Shown: positions 19,230-28,759 of the stretch, piece by piece
Position numbering within the stretch: the stretch's first letter is position 1
Layout: each line of letters opens with the position of its first letter
NCBI GenBank assembly: GCA_963746845.1
Contig: CAVVCZ010000004.1
Location: forward strand, 736,001-800,000
Source: an uncultured Chloroflexia bacterium
GTDB taxonomy: Bacteria > Chloroflexota > Limnocylindria > Limnocylindrales > CSP1-4
Length of the DNA stretch: 64,000 nucleotides
Reading direction: 5' to 3'
Position numbers and translations under genes: made by a program
Notes under the pieces: generated by a model
What the model was told of the DNA's origin: nothing
Databases searched by the model: none
What the model saw: only the letters and a program-made list of their open reading frames with translations

Positions 19230-19898
19230 ATGATGAGCTCACTCCGGCTGATCCTCGAGGTCGGCAAGAAGCGCCGGGTCGTCGCCGGCGCCATGGACTG
19301 GCCCGGTCTCGATCGCTGGGGCACGTCGGAGGACGACGCGATCGAGAAGCTGCGCTCCTACGTCCCGCGCTACGCGGCGGTCGCCGATCGGGCAGGCCTG
19401 GCGTCGGCATTCGCGGCAGTACGTGACGTCGACGTCATCGAGCGGGTGCCCGGATCGAGCTCGACGGATTTCTGGGGCATCGCCCACGTGCCGTCGGAGA
19501 TCGAGCGGGAGGTCCTCGCGCCGGCGGATCTGGATCGGCGGCTCGTGCTCCTGGAGGCGTGCTGGGCCGAGTTCGACGACGTCGCCGTGCGCATCACCGG
19601 GGAGCTGAGGCCCGGCTCGAGGAGCGCCGGTCGCACCCTCGACCAGATCGTTCGGCACGTGTACGCCAGCGAGCCGGAGCAGTTCTCCCGCAAGGTCGAG
19701 GTGCGGACGCCGCGCGAGGTCGCGCTCACGCCGGCCGGCCTCGTCGACCATCGCGCGGCCTACCTCGCCGCGATCCGTGCCTACAACACGGAGGGCAAGC
19801 CCGCCCGGACCTGGCCGATCCAGTTCCTGGTCCGCCGAACCGCCCATCACGTGATGGACCATGCGTGGGAGATGGAGGACCGGGACCCCGGGGCCTGA
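19230..19898 (+). CDS. Hypothetical protein, HicB-like N-terminus and DinB-like C-terminus
   Basis: DWPG..RWG...A.EKL N-terminal motif; IVRHV...RRTAHHVMDHAWEMED His triad. Confidence 0.7.
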   Translation: MMSSLRLILEVGKKRRVVAGAMDWPGLDRWGTSEDDAIEKLRSYVPRYAAVADRAGLASAFAAVRDVDVIERVPGSSSTDFWGIAHVPSEIEREVLAPADLDRRLVLLEACWAEFDDVAVRITGELRPGSRSAGRTLDQIVRHVYASEPEQFSRKVEVRTPREVALTPAGLVDHRAAYLAAIRAYNTEGKPARTWPIQFLVRRTAHHVMDHAWEMEDRDPGA

Positions 19899-19931
19899 GC
19901 GACCGATCCGCCGCCGGTCTACGATCCCGTC

Positions 19932-20894
19932 ATGACACCCTGGTTCGGCCTCCATCTCCCCAGCTACACCCACCCCGACGCCGCCCCCGCGGAGCTCTTC
20001 GACCGGGTCGTGGCCCAGGCAAAGGCCGCCGAGGCGGCCGGCTTCCGGCTCGTCACCGTCATGGACCACCTGTACCAGATCGGCGGCGTCGGGCAGGTCG
20101 ACGAGCCGATGCTCGAGGCCTGGTCGACGCTCGCCGCGCTCGCCCGTGAGACGAGCCGGGTCCGGCTCGGGACCCTCGTCACCGGCGTGACCTACCGGAA
20201 CCCGGCCCTGCTCGCGAAGCAGGCGACGACCCTCGACACGATCTCGGGCGGCCGGGCGATCTTCGGGATCGGCGCGGCGTGGAACGACGTCGAGCACGCG
20301 GGCTACGGCTACGACTTCCCGCCGGTCCGCGAGCGGATGGACCGGCTCGAGGAGGCCCTCACGATCGCGAAGGCGATGTTCACGGAGGATCGCCCGTCGT
20401 TCACGGGCACGTACTACCGGATCGACGAGGCGTTCAACGTGCCACGGCCGGTCCAGCCCGGCGGCCCGCCGATCCTCGTCGGCGGCGGCGGCGAGCAGCG
20501 GACGCTGAAGATCGCAGCCCGGTTCGCCGACATGGCCCACTGGTTCCCGCTCGGGCTCGACGTCCTGCACCACAAGACCGAGGTCCTCGCGGGCCACTGC
20601 GAGGCGATCGGGCGGGATCCGGCGACGATCGAACGGACGATGGCGACGCCGGTCACGGTCGCCGCCACCGAAGCCGACGCGAAGGAACTGCTGGCGGGCG
20701 TGCCGCCCGAGCGCCGACCGTACGTCTTCGCGGGCACGCCGGAGCAGGCCGCCGACGGGCTTCGGCCATACCTGGACGCCGGCTTCACGGGCTTCACGTT
20801 CAACAACTCGATCTACCGAACGCCCGAGCAGATCGCCGTCATCGGCGAGCTGCTCCAGCTGGTCGGGGGCGCCGCGCCGGTCGCCGCCGGCTGA
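19932..20894 (+). CDS. LLM-class F420-dependent oxidoreductase (TIGR03560-like)
   Basis: VMDHLYQI, LGTLVTGVTYRNPALLAK, DTISGGR, ILVGGGGEQRTL. Confidence 0.9.
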   Translation: MTPWFGLHLPSYTHPDAAPAELFDRVVAQAKAAEAAGFRLVTVMDHLYQIGGVGQVDEPMLEAWSTLAALARETSRVRLGTLVTGVTYRNPALLAKQATTLDTISGGRAIFGIGAAWNDVEHAGYGYDFPPVRERMDRLEEALTIAKAMFTEDRPSFTGTYYRIDEAFNVPRPVQPGGPPILVGGGGEQRTLKIAARFADMAHWFPLGLDVLHHKTEVLAGHCEAIGRDPATIERTMATPVTVAATEADAKELLAGVPPERRPYVFAGTPEQAADGLRPYLDAGFTGFTFNNSIYRTPEQIAVIGELLQLVGGAAPVAAG

Positions 20895-20945
20895 GGAGGG
20901 CGATCGTCTCCGGCCCTCTCCGCCCCTCGGTCCCTCGGCCCATTG

Positions 20946-21116
20946 CAAGAACGCGTATCTGACCGGTCTTCTGGCTCGCTCTCGGCCTGGTGATGCCATC
21001 CCATCACCAGGAGGCGTGCCGTCGACCGCAAGCGAGGCGACCGACCCGGGCCGGCGCATGAATCCAGCCGTTTCGGCGCGCCCGACCGCCTGAATGCCAT
21101 TCGATACGCCTTCTTG
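20946..21116. repeat. Intergenic element with terminal inverted repeats and internal hairpin
   Basis: CAAGAACGCGTATC / GATACGCCTTCTTG (13/14 complementary); CCTGGTGATG-n6-CATCACCAGG at 20986-21011. Confidence 0.55.
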
Positions 21117-21162
21117 AGATCCGCACGCGGTGGCGCCGGGCCGAGGTGCCGCCGGCTGAGCA

Positions 21163-21195
21163 TCGCGGGCGGATCGGAACAGTCGCGGGCGGATC
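21163..21195 (+). repeat. 13-bp direct repeat, period 20
   Basis: TCGCGGGCGGATC at 21163 and 21183, just upstream of TTGACC (21203). Confidence 0.6.
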
Positions 21196-21267
21196 AGATC
21201 ACTTGACCCGCGGTGCGATCCTTCGATCGGCGCCGGGGTTGTCCCCGCCGCCGCGGGAGGGTGGAAG

Positions 21268-21810
21268 ATGGAAACCGGATCTTCGGCGCTGACGGTCGGC
21301 TCCGGCGAGGAGCGCGGCAGCTGGCCGACCTGGCTCGCGACCTTGGTGGCCCTGATTCCGCTCGGGATCGGTCTGACGATCGCGATCGCAGTGAACGGCA
21401 AAGCCGGGCTTGGGCCGCTGACGGCCGACCAGATCCTGTGGTGGATCCTCCTGCCCCTCGGTGCGCTGTACCCGGCCATCGCCTCGATGGCGCGCATCCG
21501 TGCCTATGCGCCGACGACCGTGCTCGTCGTCGCGGCCCTCGCGCCGGGCGCGTTGTACGCGGTCAGGCTGCTCCTGGACGCGATGCCGACCGACGGAGCC
21601 GGACGCACCCCCGTGTCGCTGACGACGATCGCCAGCACGGCGATTCCGCCCGCGATCCTCGCCGGCGGCACGTTCGTCGCGATCGAGATCGCGACTGCCG
21701 GGATCCGGCGCGGGGTCCTGCTCGGCGTCGCCGGCTCGGTCGTCGGCGCGGCGGTCCTCGGCCTGGCGGCGGCGGCGAGCGTCTTCCTGCCCGGGATGAT
21801 CACGACGTAG
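21268..21810 (+). CDS. Hypothetical integral membrane protein (~5 TM)
   Basis: Hydrophobic helices, GGAGG SD, GC3-biased codons. Confidence 0.7.
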   Translation: METGSSALTVGSGEERGSWPTWLATLVALIPLGIGLTIAIAVNGKAGLGPLTADQILWWILLPLGALYPAIASMARIRAYAPTTVLVVAALAPGALYAVRLLLDAMPTDGAGRTPVSLTTIASTAIPPAILAGGTFVAIEIATAGIRRGVLLGVAGSVVGAAVLGLAAAASVFLPGMITT

Positions 21811-21827
21811 CCGCCGCGGGGAACATG

Positions 21828-21861
21828 GAACACGGCACACCCGAACGGGCGTGCCGTGTTC
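21828..21861. terminator. Hairpin between convergent genes
   Basis: GAACACGGCAC...GTGCCGTGTTC 11-bp stem. Confidence 0.55.
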
Positions 21862-21880
21862 GCCGCTTGACGAGGGACCG

Positions 21881-22899
21881 TCAGTGCTCGACGACGGCCT
21901 CCAGCTTGCTCGCGTCGGCGATCCAGCCCGTGATCTGCGCCTCGCCCGGAATGCGATTCACGATCCCGGGGCGAGCCGCGACGACCGACTGGAACGTGTC
22001 CTCGAGGTTCTTGGCGTTCCGGTGCGACAGCTCGGCGGGCGAATCCACCCCGGCGGCCTCGAGGAGGTCGCTGTACTGGGGTCCGACACCCGGGATCCGC
22101 ATCAGGTCGACGTGGTTGACCCACTCGAGGATCTGCTTGGTGCCGATTCCCGTCGTCTTCGCGAGCTGGTCGCGACCGGACGGCTTGGCGCCGCGTCGAC
22201 AGCAGGTCCGCGGTCGTGGTGATGCCGGCCGCCGCGAGCTTGCCCGCTTCGGCCGAACCGATGCCCTCGATCTCGGCGATGCTCATCGGGGCGGTCTCGC
22301 GGTAGATGTCCGGCTCGGCCGCCGCCGGGGTGGCAACCACCGCCGCCAGCCGCGACCACGGCCGGAGCCGGGATCTCGATCTCCTCCGGAACGGGCTCGG
22401 TCTTCGGGTCCGCGAGCAGCCGCTCGACCTCGGCGGTGTCCTCGGCCACGATCTCGGAGACGACGACCGTCCCGCCGAAGCCGTACGACCGCATCCGCTC
22501 GACCGCGAGCGACCAGTTCGCGTGCTCGATCAGGATCGCGACCGCCGACTCGGAGGAGGTCATGTCCTGACCCAGCTCCTTGAGCAGCTTGTTCTTGATG
22601 CCCCGATCGAACGAGGCGAACAGACCGCCGGCGGCCGCGCCCATGGCGATCCAGCCCACGGGTCCGAAGAGCAGGGCGAACAGGGCGCCGATGACGCCGC
22701 CCTTCACGAACCCCTTGCCGATGGTGTCGTCCTTCGTCTGGTGGATCTTGACCTTGCCGTTCGCGGTCTTGGTGATCGCGACGGCGTCGCGGAGCTTGAC
22801 CAGGTCGTCGTCTGCCATCTCCTTCAGGACCGTCAGCGCCTCCGCGGCGGTGCCGGCCTTCGGGTACTTGATGACGAGGAAGCTGTATTCGTGCGCCAT
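21881..22899 (-). CDS. DUF1269 membrane domain + DUF4332 (HhH-repeat) fusion, two apparent frameshifts (~22345, ~22195)
   Basis: N-terminal DAVAITKTANGKVKIHQT..GGVIGAL..DRGI..ELG; C-terminal IEGIG..LAAAGI, WVNHVDLMRIPGVGPQYSDLLEAAGVD..EL.HRN spread over three frames. Confidence 0.7.
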
Positions 22900-22999
22900 G
22901 TCCCCAACCTTTCCAGTCCTGTGGCGCGCAATCGACGCGGGCAACGGGCGACGACTGCGAGTGCGGTGAGACCGATGATCGTCGGCGCGTCACGTCGAC

Positions 23000-23033
23000 G
23001 CCACCCGGCGGACCGGCATGACCGCCGGGTGGC
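23000..23033 (-). terminator. GC hairpin downstream of the cyclase gene
   Basis: GCCACCCGGCGG...CCGCCGGGTGGC 12-bp stem. Confidence 0.45.
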
Positions 23034-23069
23034 CGTACGCAGATCGGCCGGTGTCGTGTCGGCGGTCGG

Positions 23070-25043
23070 CTACGCCCAGGTGATCGCCGCCACCTCCACG
23101 GGCGCCGTTGCGCCGCGGACCTCGGCGACCCGGGCTTCGCCCGACTGAACATCGCCGGCGGCGGCCAGCGAGTCGGACGACGCGAGGATCTCGCCACCCT
23201 GGGCCAGGGCGCCGATCCGCGCGGCGACATGCACGCCGAACCCGCTGTAGTCGCTGCCGCGTCGGGTCGCCTCGGCCGTGTGGATCCCGATCCGGACCGC
23301 GATCGCGAACCCGGTCCGTGCCCGGTGGTCGCGGAGCGTCCGCTGGATGGCGACCGCGGCGTCGACCGCCGGCCGGGCGGACTCGAAGGCCGCGAAGAAC
23401 CCGTCGCCGGTCGTCTTGACGATCTCTCCCCCACCCCGCTGGACGAGGCCGCGGAGCGTGTCGTCGTGCCAGCGCAGGAGCTGCTCCCACGCCGCGTCGC
23501 CGAGCGCCTCGGCGAGGCCCGTCGACCCGACGATGTCGGTGAACATGAACGTCCGGCGCGCCGTCTGCGGCCCGGACCGCCGATCGGCAATCTCGCGCTG
23601 CTCGCGCTCGGCTGCTTCGAGGTCGACCTGCGCGCCGAGCCGCCGGAACTCGTCGAGCGCCGTTTCCAGCTCCAGGTCCGCGTCGTCATCGTCCTCGGTC
23701 GCTCGCAGCGCGCGCGACAGCACGGTCTGCGCCCGCGCGACCTCGTACGGCGCCCCGACTTCGCGCCAGCCCTTGATCCCGATCCGGAGCTGCTGCGCGG
23801 CGGTCTCTGGGTCGTCCTCGGCCAGGAGGACCCGACCCATGGCCACCCGACAGCCCGCCTCGAGCGCGGGCGACGGGTAGCCCGTGACCGTCGACTTGAG
23901 CTCGTCGACGGCCGTCCGGGCCTGTGCGATGCGGCCTGCGGCGACGCTGATCTCGATCTGGGCCGGCAGGAGGCGGGCACGGGCCCACTTGTCCCATGTC
24001 TGTTCGGCGACGGCCGCGTCGATGGCCTTCACCGCGCCCTTGACGTTGCCCTGCGCGAGACGGATGAGCGCGAGCGCCGGCTGGGGCGACCGGCCGCGGG
24101 CATGGGCCTCGCGCAGCGCGGCCTCGGCACCGACGAGGTCACCGCGCAGCCGGCGGATGTCACCGATGGCGTAGAAGCCGTCGGCCTGCGGCGGCGTCGC
24201 CCGGAACGGCTCGAGCTCCGTCGTGGCCCGCTCGAGCTCGTGCTCCGCCCGCTCCCACGCGCCACCAACCGCAGCGACCTCGGCCCGATGGATCCGACAG
24301 ATCCCGGGAAATCCCTCGAGCGACTGGCGGTCGCAGTACTTCTCCGTCGCCTCGATCCACTCGCTGGCCCGGCGGTAGTCGGTGAGGTCGCGACACGCGC
24401 CGATCATCCGGCAGGCCGTGAGTCCGCTCTCGAACGGTGAGAGCTCGCCGTTGACGGCCGCGATCGACGCCTCCTCCATCATGGCGAGTCCGTCCGTCGT
24501 GGCGCCGGACGCGATCTTCAGGGAGCCGAGGGTCATCTGGGCCGACGCGGTCAGGTCACGGTCGCCGGCCTTGATCCCGATGGACACCGCCCGCTCGGCC
24601 AGCCGCAACGCGGTGTCGAAGTCGCCGGCCGCCGCCGCGCCCTCGCTCCCGATCATCGCGAGGTAGCCGTGTGCGTAGGTCTCGCCCTCGGGCCCGATCA
24701 GGCGCTCGGCACGGCGCGCCCAGGCCGACGCGATGGCGTACTTGCCCTCGTAGCCGTACAGACGCGCGAGATCCGCGGCAATGTACGCGGCACGGAGGAC
24801 GTTCCCGTCCGCCTCGTGACGCTTGAAGGCACGCTCCTTCGCGTCCTCCTGGACGTCGGGTCTGGCCACGAAGAATGCCGCGAGGGCGAGGGCCTCGAGG
24901 TCGTCTCCCGTGAGCGCGCCCGGGCGATCCGCCTCGGAGAACCGGTCGAGCGCCTCGTGCCACGCATGGGCGGCGAACGCCGCACGCGCGGCTTCCAGGG
25001 GATCTGCCGCCGCTGGAGCGGTGACGGGTTCGGTGTCGGGCAT
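23070..25043 (-). CDS. TPR (MalT-like sensor) + C-terminal class III adenylate cyclase
   Basis: Helical repeats; FTDIVGST, VKTTGDG, RIGIH, DYSGFGVHVAARI. Confidence 0.88.
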   Translation of the reverse strand: MPDTEPVTAPAAADPLEAARAAFAAHAWHEALDRFSEADRPGALTGDDLEALALAAFFVARPDVQEDAKERAFKRHEADGNVLRAAYIAADLARLYGYEGKYAIASAWARRAERLIGPEGETYAHGYLAMIGSEGAAAAGDFDTALRLAERAVSIGIKAGDRDLTASAQMTLGSLKIASGATTDGLAMMEEASIAAVNGELSPFESGLTACRMIGACRDLTDYRRASEWIEATEKYCDRQSLEGFPGICRIHRAEVAAVGGAWERAEHELERATTELEPFRATPPQADGFYAIGDIRRLRGDLVGAEAALREAHARGRSPQPALALIRLAQGNVKGAVKAIDAAVAEQTWDKWARARLLPAQIEISVAAGRIAQARTAVDELKSTVTGYPSPALEAGCRVAMGRVLLAEDDPETAAQQLRIGIKGWREVGAPYEVARAQTVLSRALRATEDDDDADLELETALDEFRRLGAQVDLEAAEREQREIADRRSGPQTARRTFMFTDIVGSTGLAEALGDAAWEQLLRWHDDTLRGLVQRGGGEIVKTTGDGFFAAFESARPAVDAAVAIQRTLRDHRARTGFAIAVRIGIHTAEATRRGSDYSGFGVHVAARIGALAQGGEILASSDSLAAAGDVQSGEARVAEVRGATAPVEVAAITWA

Positions 25044-25078
25044 CGCGGGCATTGTGCACCCGCCCCGTTCGGAGTGGA

Positions 25079-25855
25079 TCAGACGCTGCCCGTCGGCTCA
25101 ACCCCAGCCTGGCCGGCGAGGAGATGCCAGCCGTAGCGCCAGAGGGCCAGGTTCGCCGCGAGCCACCCGAACAGGATCGGGATCAGGAGCGGGCTGCTGG
25201 TGGCGGGACCGGTCAGCGTGCTCACGGCGATCAGGTCGATCAGGAGATGAACGACCAGGCACGGCCACAGGCTGCCCGTCCGAATCCGGACCGCGGCCAG
25301 GGCGATGCCGCCCGCCGTCGTCGCCGCCACCTGCATCGCCACGAACGGCGGATAGACGCCCGCCACGAGGTTCGCGAGGTGCGATGCTCCGAACGCCGCC
25401 GATGACCAGATGACCGCCGAACGCATCCCCGACGGCTGGAGGAGGCCCAGGAGGACGCCCCGGAAGAAGAGCTCCTCGTTGAGGGCGATGAGTGGCAGGC
25501 CGACGACCAGCACGGGCACGACCGATGCTGCATCGAGGTTGTAGCCGAACAGCAGGAACGGCAGGCTGGCCGCGACCAGCGGCCAGGCCAGCCAGGCCCA
25601 GCCTGACGTCGGTCGATCGCCCAGGCCGGTCCGGACACCCGCGACCGCTGCAGCCGCGACGGCGAAGGCGGCGTAGATCGCCCAGCACACGGGGCCGAGC
25701 CATGGACCGAGGTCGGGGAACGCGGACGTGATGACTCGTCCCCCGTCCCATGCCAGCAGGACATGGAGGGCCATGAACGAGGCGTACAGGGCGACCGCCG
25801 CAGCCGCAGTGCGCCGACGAACCAGGATCGCCGAGGCGCCGTTGATCGCTCTCAC
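25079..25855 (-). CDS. CPBP (Abi/CAAX) intramembrane glutamic endopeptidase
   Basis: NEELFFRG, FGASH, TGSLW..VVHLLID. Confidence 0.88.
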   Translation of the reverse strand: MRAINGASAILVRRRTAAAAVALYASFMALHVLLAWDGGRVITSAFPDLGPWLGPVCWAIYAAFAVAAAAVAGVRTGLGDRPTSGWAWLAWPLVAASLPFLLFGYNLDAASVVPVLVVGLPLIALNEELFFRGVLLGLLQPSGMRSAVIWSSAAFGASHLANLVAGVYPPFVAMQVAATTAGGIALAAVRIRTGSLWPCLVVHLLIDLIAVSTLTGPATSSPLLIPILFGWLAANLALWRYGWHLLAGQAGVEPTGSV

Positions 25856-25865
25856 GTCTACGCGC

Positions 25866-26444
25866 TCAGGCCGGCACCGTCGACGGCTCCAGCGCCGCCG
25901 CGATCTCTCGAGCCCAGGCCTCGATGACGTCCCACTGGCGGAAGTCGCCCGCCGGGAGGACGCGCTTCGCCGCCGGCATCATGCGGACGAGCCGCTCGGA
26001 CATCGCCCGGGGTGGCTCCTGCGGGTCGAACGCGCCGAGGAAGACCCGGTGGTCGCGCGGATGGATCGTCGCGCTGAGCTCGGCGATCTTCTTCCGGCCA
26101 CCGCTTCCCGGGCCGCTCTCGGGACCGAGCGCGTCGGTGAGCAGGTCCTGTCCGCTCGTCGGAGCCGCCGGGTCCCGGACCGGTCCGCTGCTGAACAGCC
26201 ACACCGGACGGGCAGCGAGGACGTCCGTGTGCTCCTCGATGAATGCGAGCGGCTCCTTGAGCCAGCTCCCCATGTAGACGCCGCTCCCGATCACGAACGC
26301 GTCGGCGCCACCGACGTCGCCGACCCGGTCCGCGGCCGCCAGCTCCGAAGTGAGACCCTCGGCCCGGAGCACCTCGCCGATCCTCTCGGCGATGCCGGCC
26401 GTCCCTCCGTGCCGGCTGCCGTACACGATGAGCACCTTCGTCAT
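25866..26444 (-). CDS. Flavodoxin-domain protein (HemG-like)
   Basis: VYGSRHGGTAGIAERI, IGSGVYMGSW, WLFSSGP, GDFRQW. Confidence 0.88.
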   Translation of the reverse strand: MTKVLIVYGSRHGGTAGIAERIGEVLRAEGLTSELAAADRVGDVGGADAFVIGSGVYMGSWLKEPLAFIEEHTDVLAARPVWLFSSGPVRDPAAPTSGQDLLTDALGPESGPGSGGRKKIAELSATIHPRDHRVFLGAFDPQEPPRAMSERLVRMMPAAKRVLPAGDFRQWDVIEAWAREIAAALEPSTVPA

Positions 26445-26489
26445 CACATCCTCCGTTCCGACCCTCCGACGCCCGGTCGGAGGGGTTCC

Positions 26490-27047
26490 TCAGGCGGGCG
26501 ATCCGATGGGCAGCAGGTCGGCGGCGATCTCGTTCGCCCAGGCCTCGATCGCCTGCCAGTCGCGGAAATCGCCGGCTGGAACCGCCTCGCGGATCGCGGG
26601 CGACGCGCGCATGAACCTGGCCATGAGGCCCTCCGCCAGACCAACCGGTGGCGCGTCGGGATCGTAGGCGCCGAAGAACACCCGCTCGCCGCGTGGTCGG
26701 ATCGTCCGGGCGAACTCCGCGAACTCCTTCGGCTCGGACGCGATCAGCTGATCGCGTCCCTTCGCGTCGACCGCGGCGGAGCCCGTCGGGCCGCTGCTGA
26801 ACAGCCAGACCGGACGCGACGCGAGGACATCGTGATATCGCCGGACGAACGCGCTCGCGTCGCCCAGCCAGCTGCCCATGTACGCGGCGCTCCCGATGAC
26901 GAACGCGTCATACGCCACGACCGAGCCGGCGCCATCGGCCGGGCGGAGGGCGACGTCGAGACCGGCGCTCTCGAGGGTCGCAGCGATGTGCTCCGCGATC
27001 CCCCGGGTGGCGCCATGTCGGCTGGCGTACACAACGAGGATCTTCAT
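26490..27047 (-). CDS. Flavodoxin-domain protein (HemG-like), tandem paralog
   Basis: VYASRHGATRGIAEHI, IGSAAYMGSW, WLFSSGP, GDFRDW; SD AGGAGG. Confidence 0.88.
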   Translation of the reverse strand: MKILVVYASRHGATRGIAEHIAATLESAGLDVALRPADGAGSVVAYDAFVIGSAAYMGSWLGDASAFVRRYHDVLASRPVWLFSSGPTGSAAVDAKGRDQLIASEPKEFAEFARTIRPRGERVFFGAYDPDAPPVGLAEGLMARFMRASPAIREAVPAGDFRDWQAIEAWANEIAADLLPIGSPA

Positions 27048-27202
27048 GTCTGGCCTCCTGCCGGATCCAGCGTGTCGCGCGAACGCTCGACCGGACAAGG
27101 GCCAGAGGTCATTGTCTGGGCATTCCTGACGACACCTGTCAGCGACGCCGTCCACACTGGTCCTCGACGGCGATCCCGCCGCACGAACGCGAGGAACCGG
27201 AC

Positions 27203-28117
27203 GTGACCGTCGTGGACTGGCTGCTCGACGCCGACCCCGCGATCCGCTGGCAGGTGATGCGGGATCTCATGGACGAGCCGGCCGACGTCGTGGCCGCCGA
27301 GCGGGCGAAGGTCGCGACCGAGGGCTGGGGCGCCCGGCTGCTCGCCCTCCAGGCACCGGACGGGGACTGGGCCGGCGGCTCGCTGTTCCCGAAGCAGCTG
27401 GCGACGACCTCGAGCCTGATGCTCCTGTACGCGTTCGGGTTGGATCCGGCCGGCGACGAGGCCCGTTGCGCCATCGCCCTCGTTCGCGAGCACAGCCGCT
27501 GGGATCACGAGGGCCAGCCGTTCTTCGAAGGCGAGGTCGAGCCGTGCATCAACGGCCGGGCCGTCACGATCGGCGCGTACTTCGGGGAGGACGTCGGGGG
27601 CATCGTCGACCGCCTGGTGACCGAGCAGATGGCAGACGGCGGGTGGAACTGCAACCAGGAGATCGGCTCGACACGCGGCTCGTTCCACTCGACGATCAAC
27701 GTCCTCGAGGGCCTGCTCGAGCACGAGCGAGCCACGGGCGCAACGCCGGCCGTGACCGAGGCGCGTCGCCGCGGCGAGGCGTACCTCCTGGATCGTCGCC
27801 TGCTCCGTGGTCTGTCCACCGGCGAGGTCATCGACGTCGACTGGACCCGCTTCTCGTTCCCGACGGACTACTACTACGACGTCCTTCGCGGGCTCGAGTA
27901 CCTGCGGGTTGCCGGCGTGACCCTCGACGAACGGGCCGCCGAGGCGATCGGGCTCGTCCGGTCCCGGCGCGACGCAGAAGGGCGATGGCCGGCCGAGAAC
28001 CCCCATCCGGGCGAGCTGCACTTCCCGTTGGACGACGGCGAGGGCCGGCCAAGCAGGTGGAACACCCTTCGGGCGTTGCGGGTGCTGCGCTGGGCCGAGG
28101 CCGGACCCCGTGCCTGA
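27203..28117 (+). CDS. Prenyltransferase/squalene-cyclase-like alpha-toroid protein of unknown function
   Basis: QW-like repeats QAPDGDW, QMADGGWNC, RDAEGRW; EPCING, PSRWNTLRAL; no DxDD. Confidence 0.75.
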   Translation: MTVVDWLLDADPAIRWQVMRDLMDEPADVVAAERAKVATEGWGARLLALQAPDGDWAGGSLFPKQLATTSSLMLLYAFGLDPAGDEARCAIALVREHSRWDHEGQPFFEGEVEPCINGRAVTIGAYFGEDVGGIVDRLVTEQMADGGWNCNQEIGSTRGSFHSTINVLEGLLEHERATGATPAVTEARRRGEAYLLDRRLLRGLSTGEVIDVDWTRFSFPTDYYYDVLRGLEYLRVAGVTLDERAAEAIGLVRSRRDAEGRWPAENPHPGELHFPLDDGEGRPSRWNTLRALRVLRWAEAGPRA

Positions 28118-28754
28118 GGCGAGACCGCCGGCCTGGGCCATCCTCACGGACGCCGTCACGATCGTCCCGGCGAACGAGGCGTCGTGCGAGGACCTGGAGG
28201 CGATCTTCGGGATGCGTGGCTATCCCGCCCCGTGCCAGTGCCAGCGGTTCAAGATCGGGCCGCAGGAGTGGACCGCACCACCCGTCTCGGAACGCCGGCA
28301 ACGCCTCCACGACGAGGCCCGCTGCGGCGATCCCGGCTCCCCGACGACGAGCGGTCTCGTCGCGTACCTCGAGGGAACACCCGTGGGCTGGTGCGCAGTC
28401 GAGCCGCGGACGGCCTACCCGCGGCTCCTGCCCGCCCGTCTCGCCTGGAAGGAGCGTGGCGAGGACAAGGACGACGGGAGCGTCTGGGCCGTCACCTGCT
28501 TCGTCACACGGGCGGGCTACCGGCGGCGCGGCATCACGCGCGCCCTGGCACGCGCCGCCGTCGGCTTCGCCCGTCAGCGCGGCGCCCGGGCCCTCGAGGC
28601 CTACCCGATGATCACGGAGCCCGGCAAGGAGATCACGTGGGGAGAGACCCACGTGGGCACACGGAGCGTCTTCGCCGACGCCGGACTGGCGGAGGTCTTC
28701 CACCCCACGCTCCGTCGCGTCGTCATGCGGATCGACTTCCAGCAGGAGGGCTGA
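28110..28754 (+). CDS. GNAT acetyltransferase
   Basis: CQC, PVGWCAVEPR, WAVTCFV..YRRRG, LEAYP. Confidence 0.88.
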   Translation: MPEARPPAWAILTDAVTIVPANEASCEDLEAIFGMRGYPAPCQCQRFKIGPQEWTAPPVSERRQRLHDEARCGDPGSPTTSGLVAYLEGTPVGWCAVEPRTAYPRLLPARLAWKERGEDKDDGSVWAVTCFVTRAGYRRRGITRALARAAVGFARQRGARALEAYPMITEPGKEITWGETHVGTRSVFADAGLAEVFHPTLRRVVMRIDFQQEG

Positions 28755-28759
28755 GCGAG

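Noticed and set aside
27203-28117. Squalene-hopene cyclase
   Set aside because: Half the expected length and no DxDD motif
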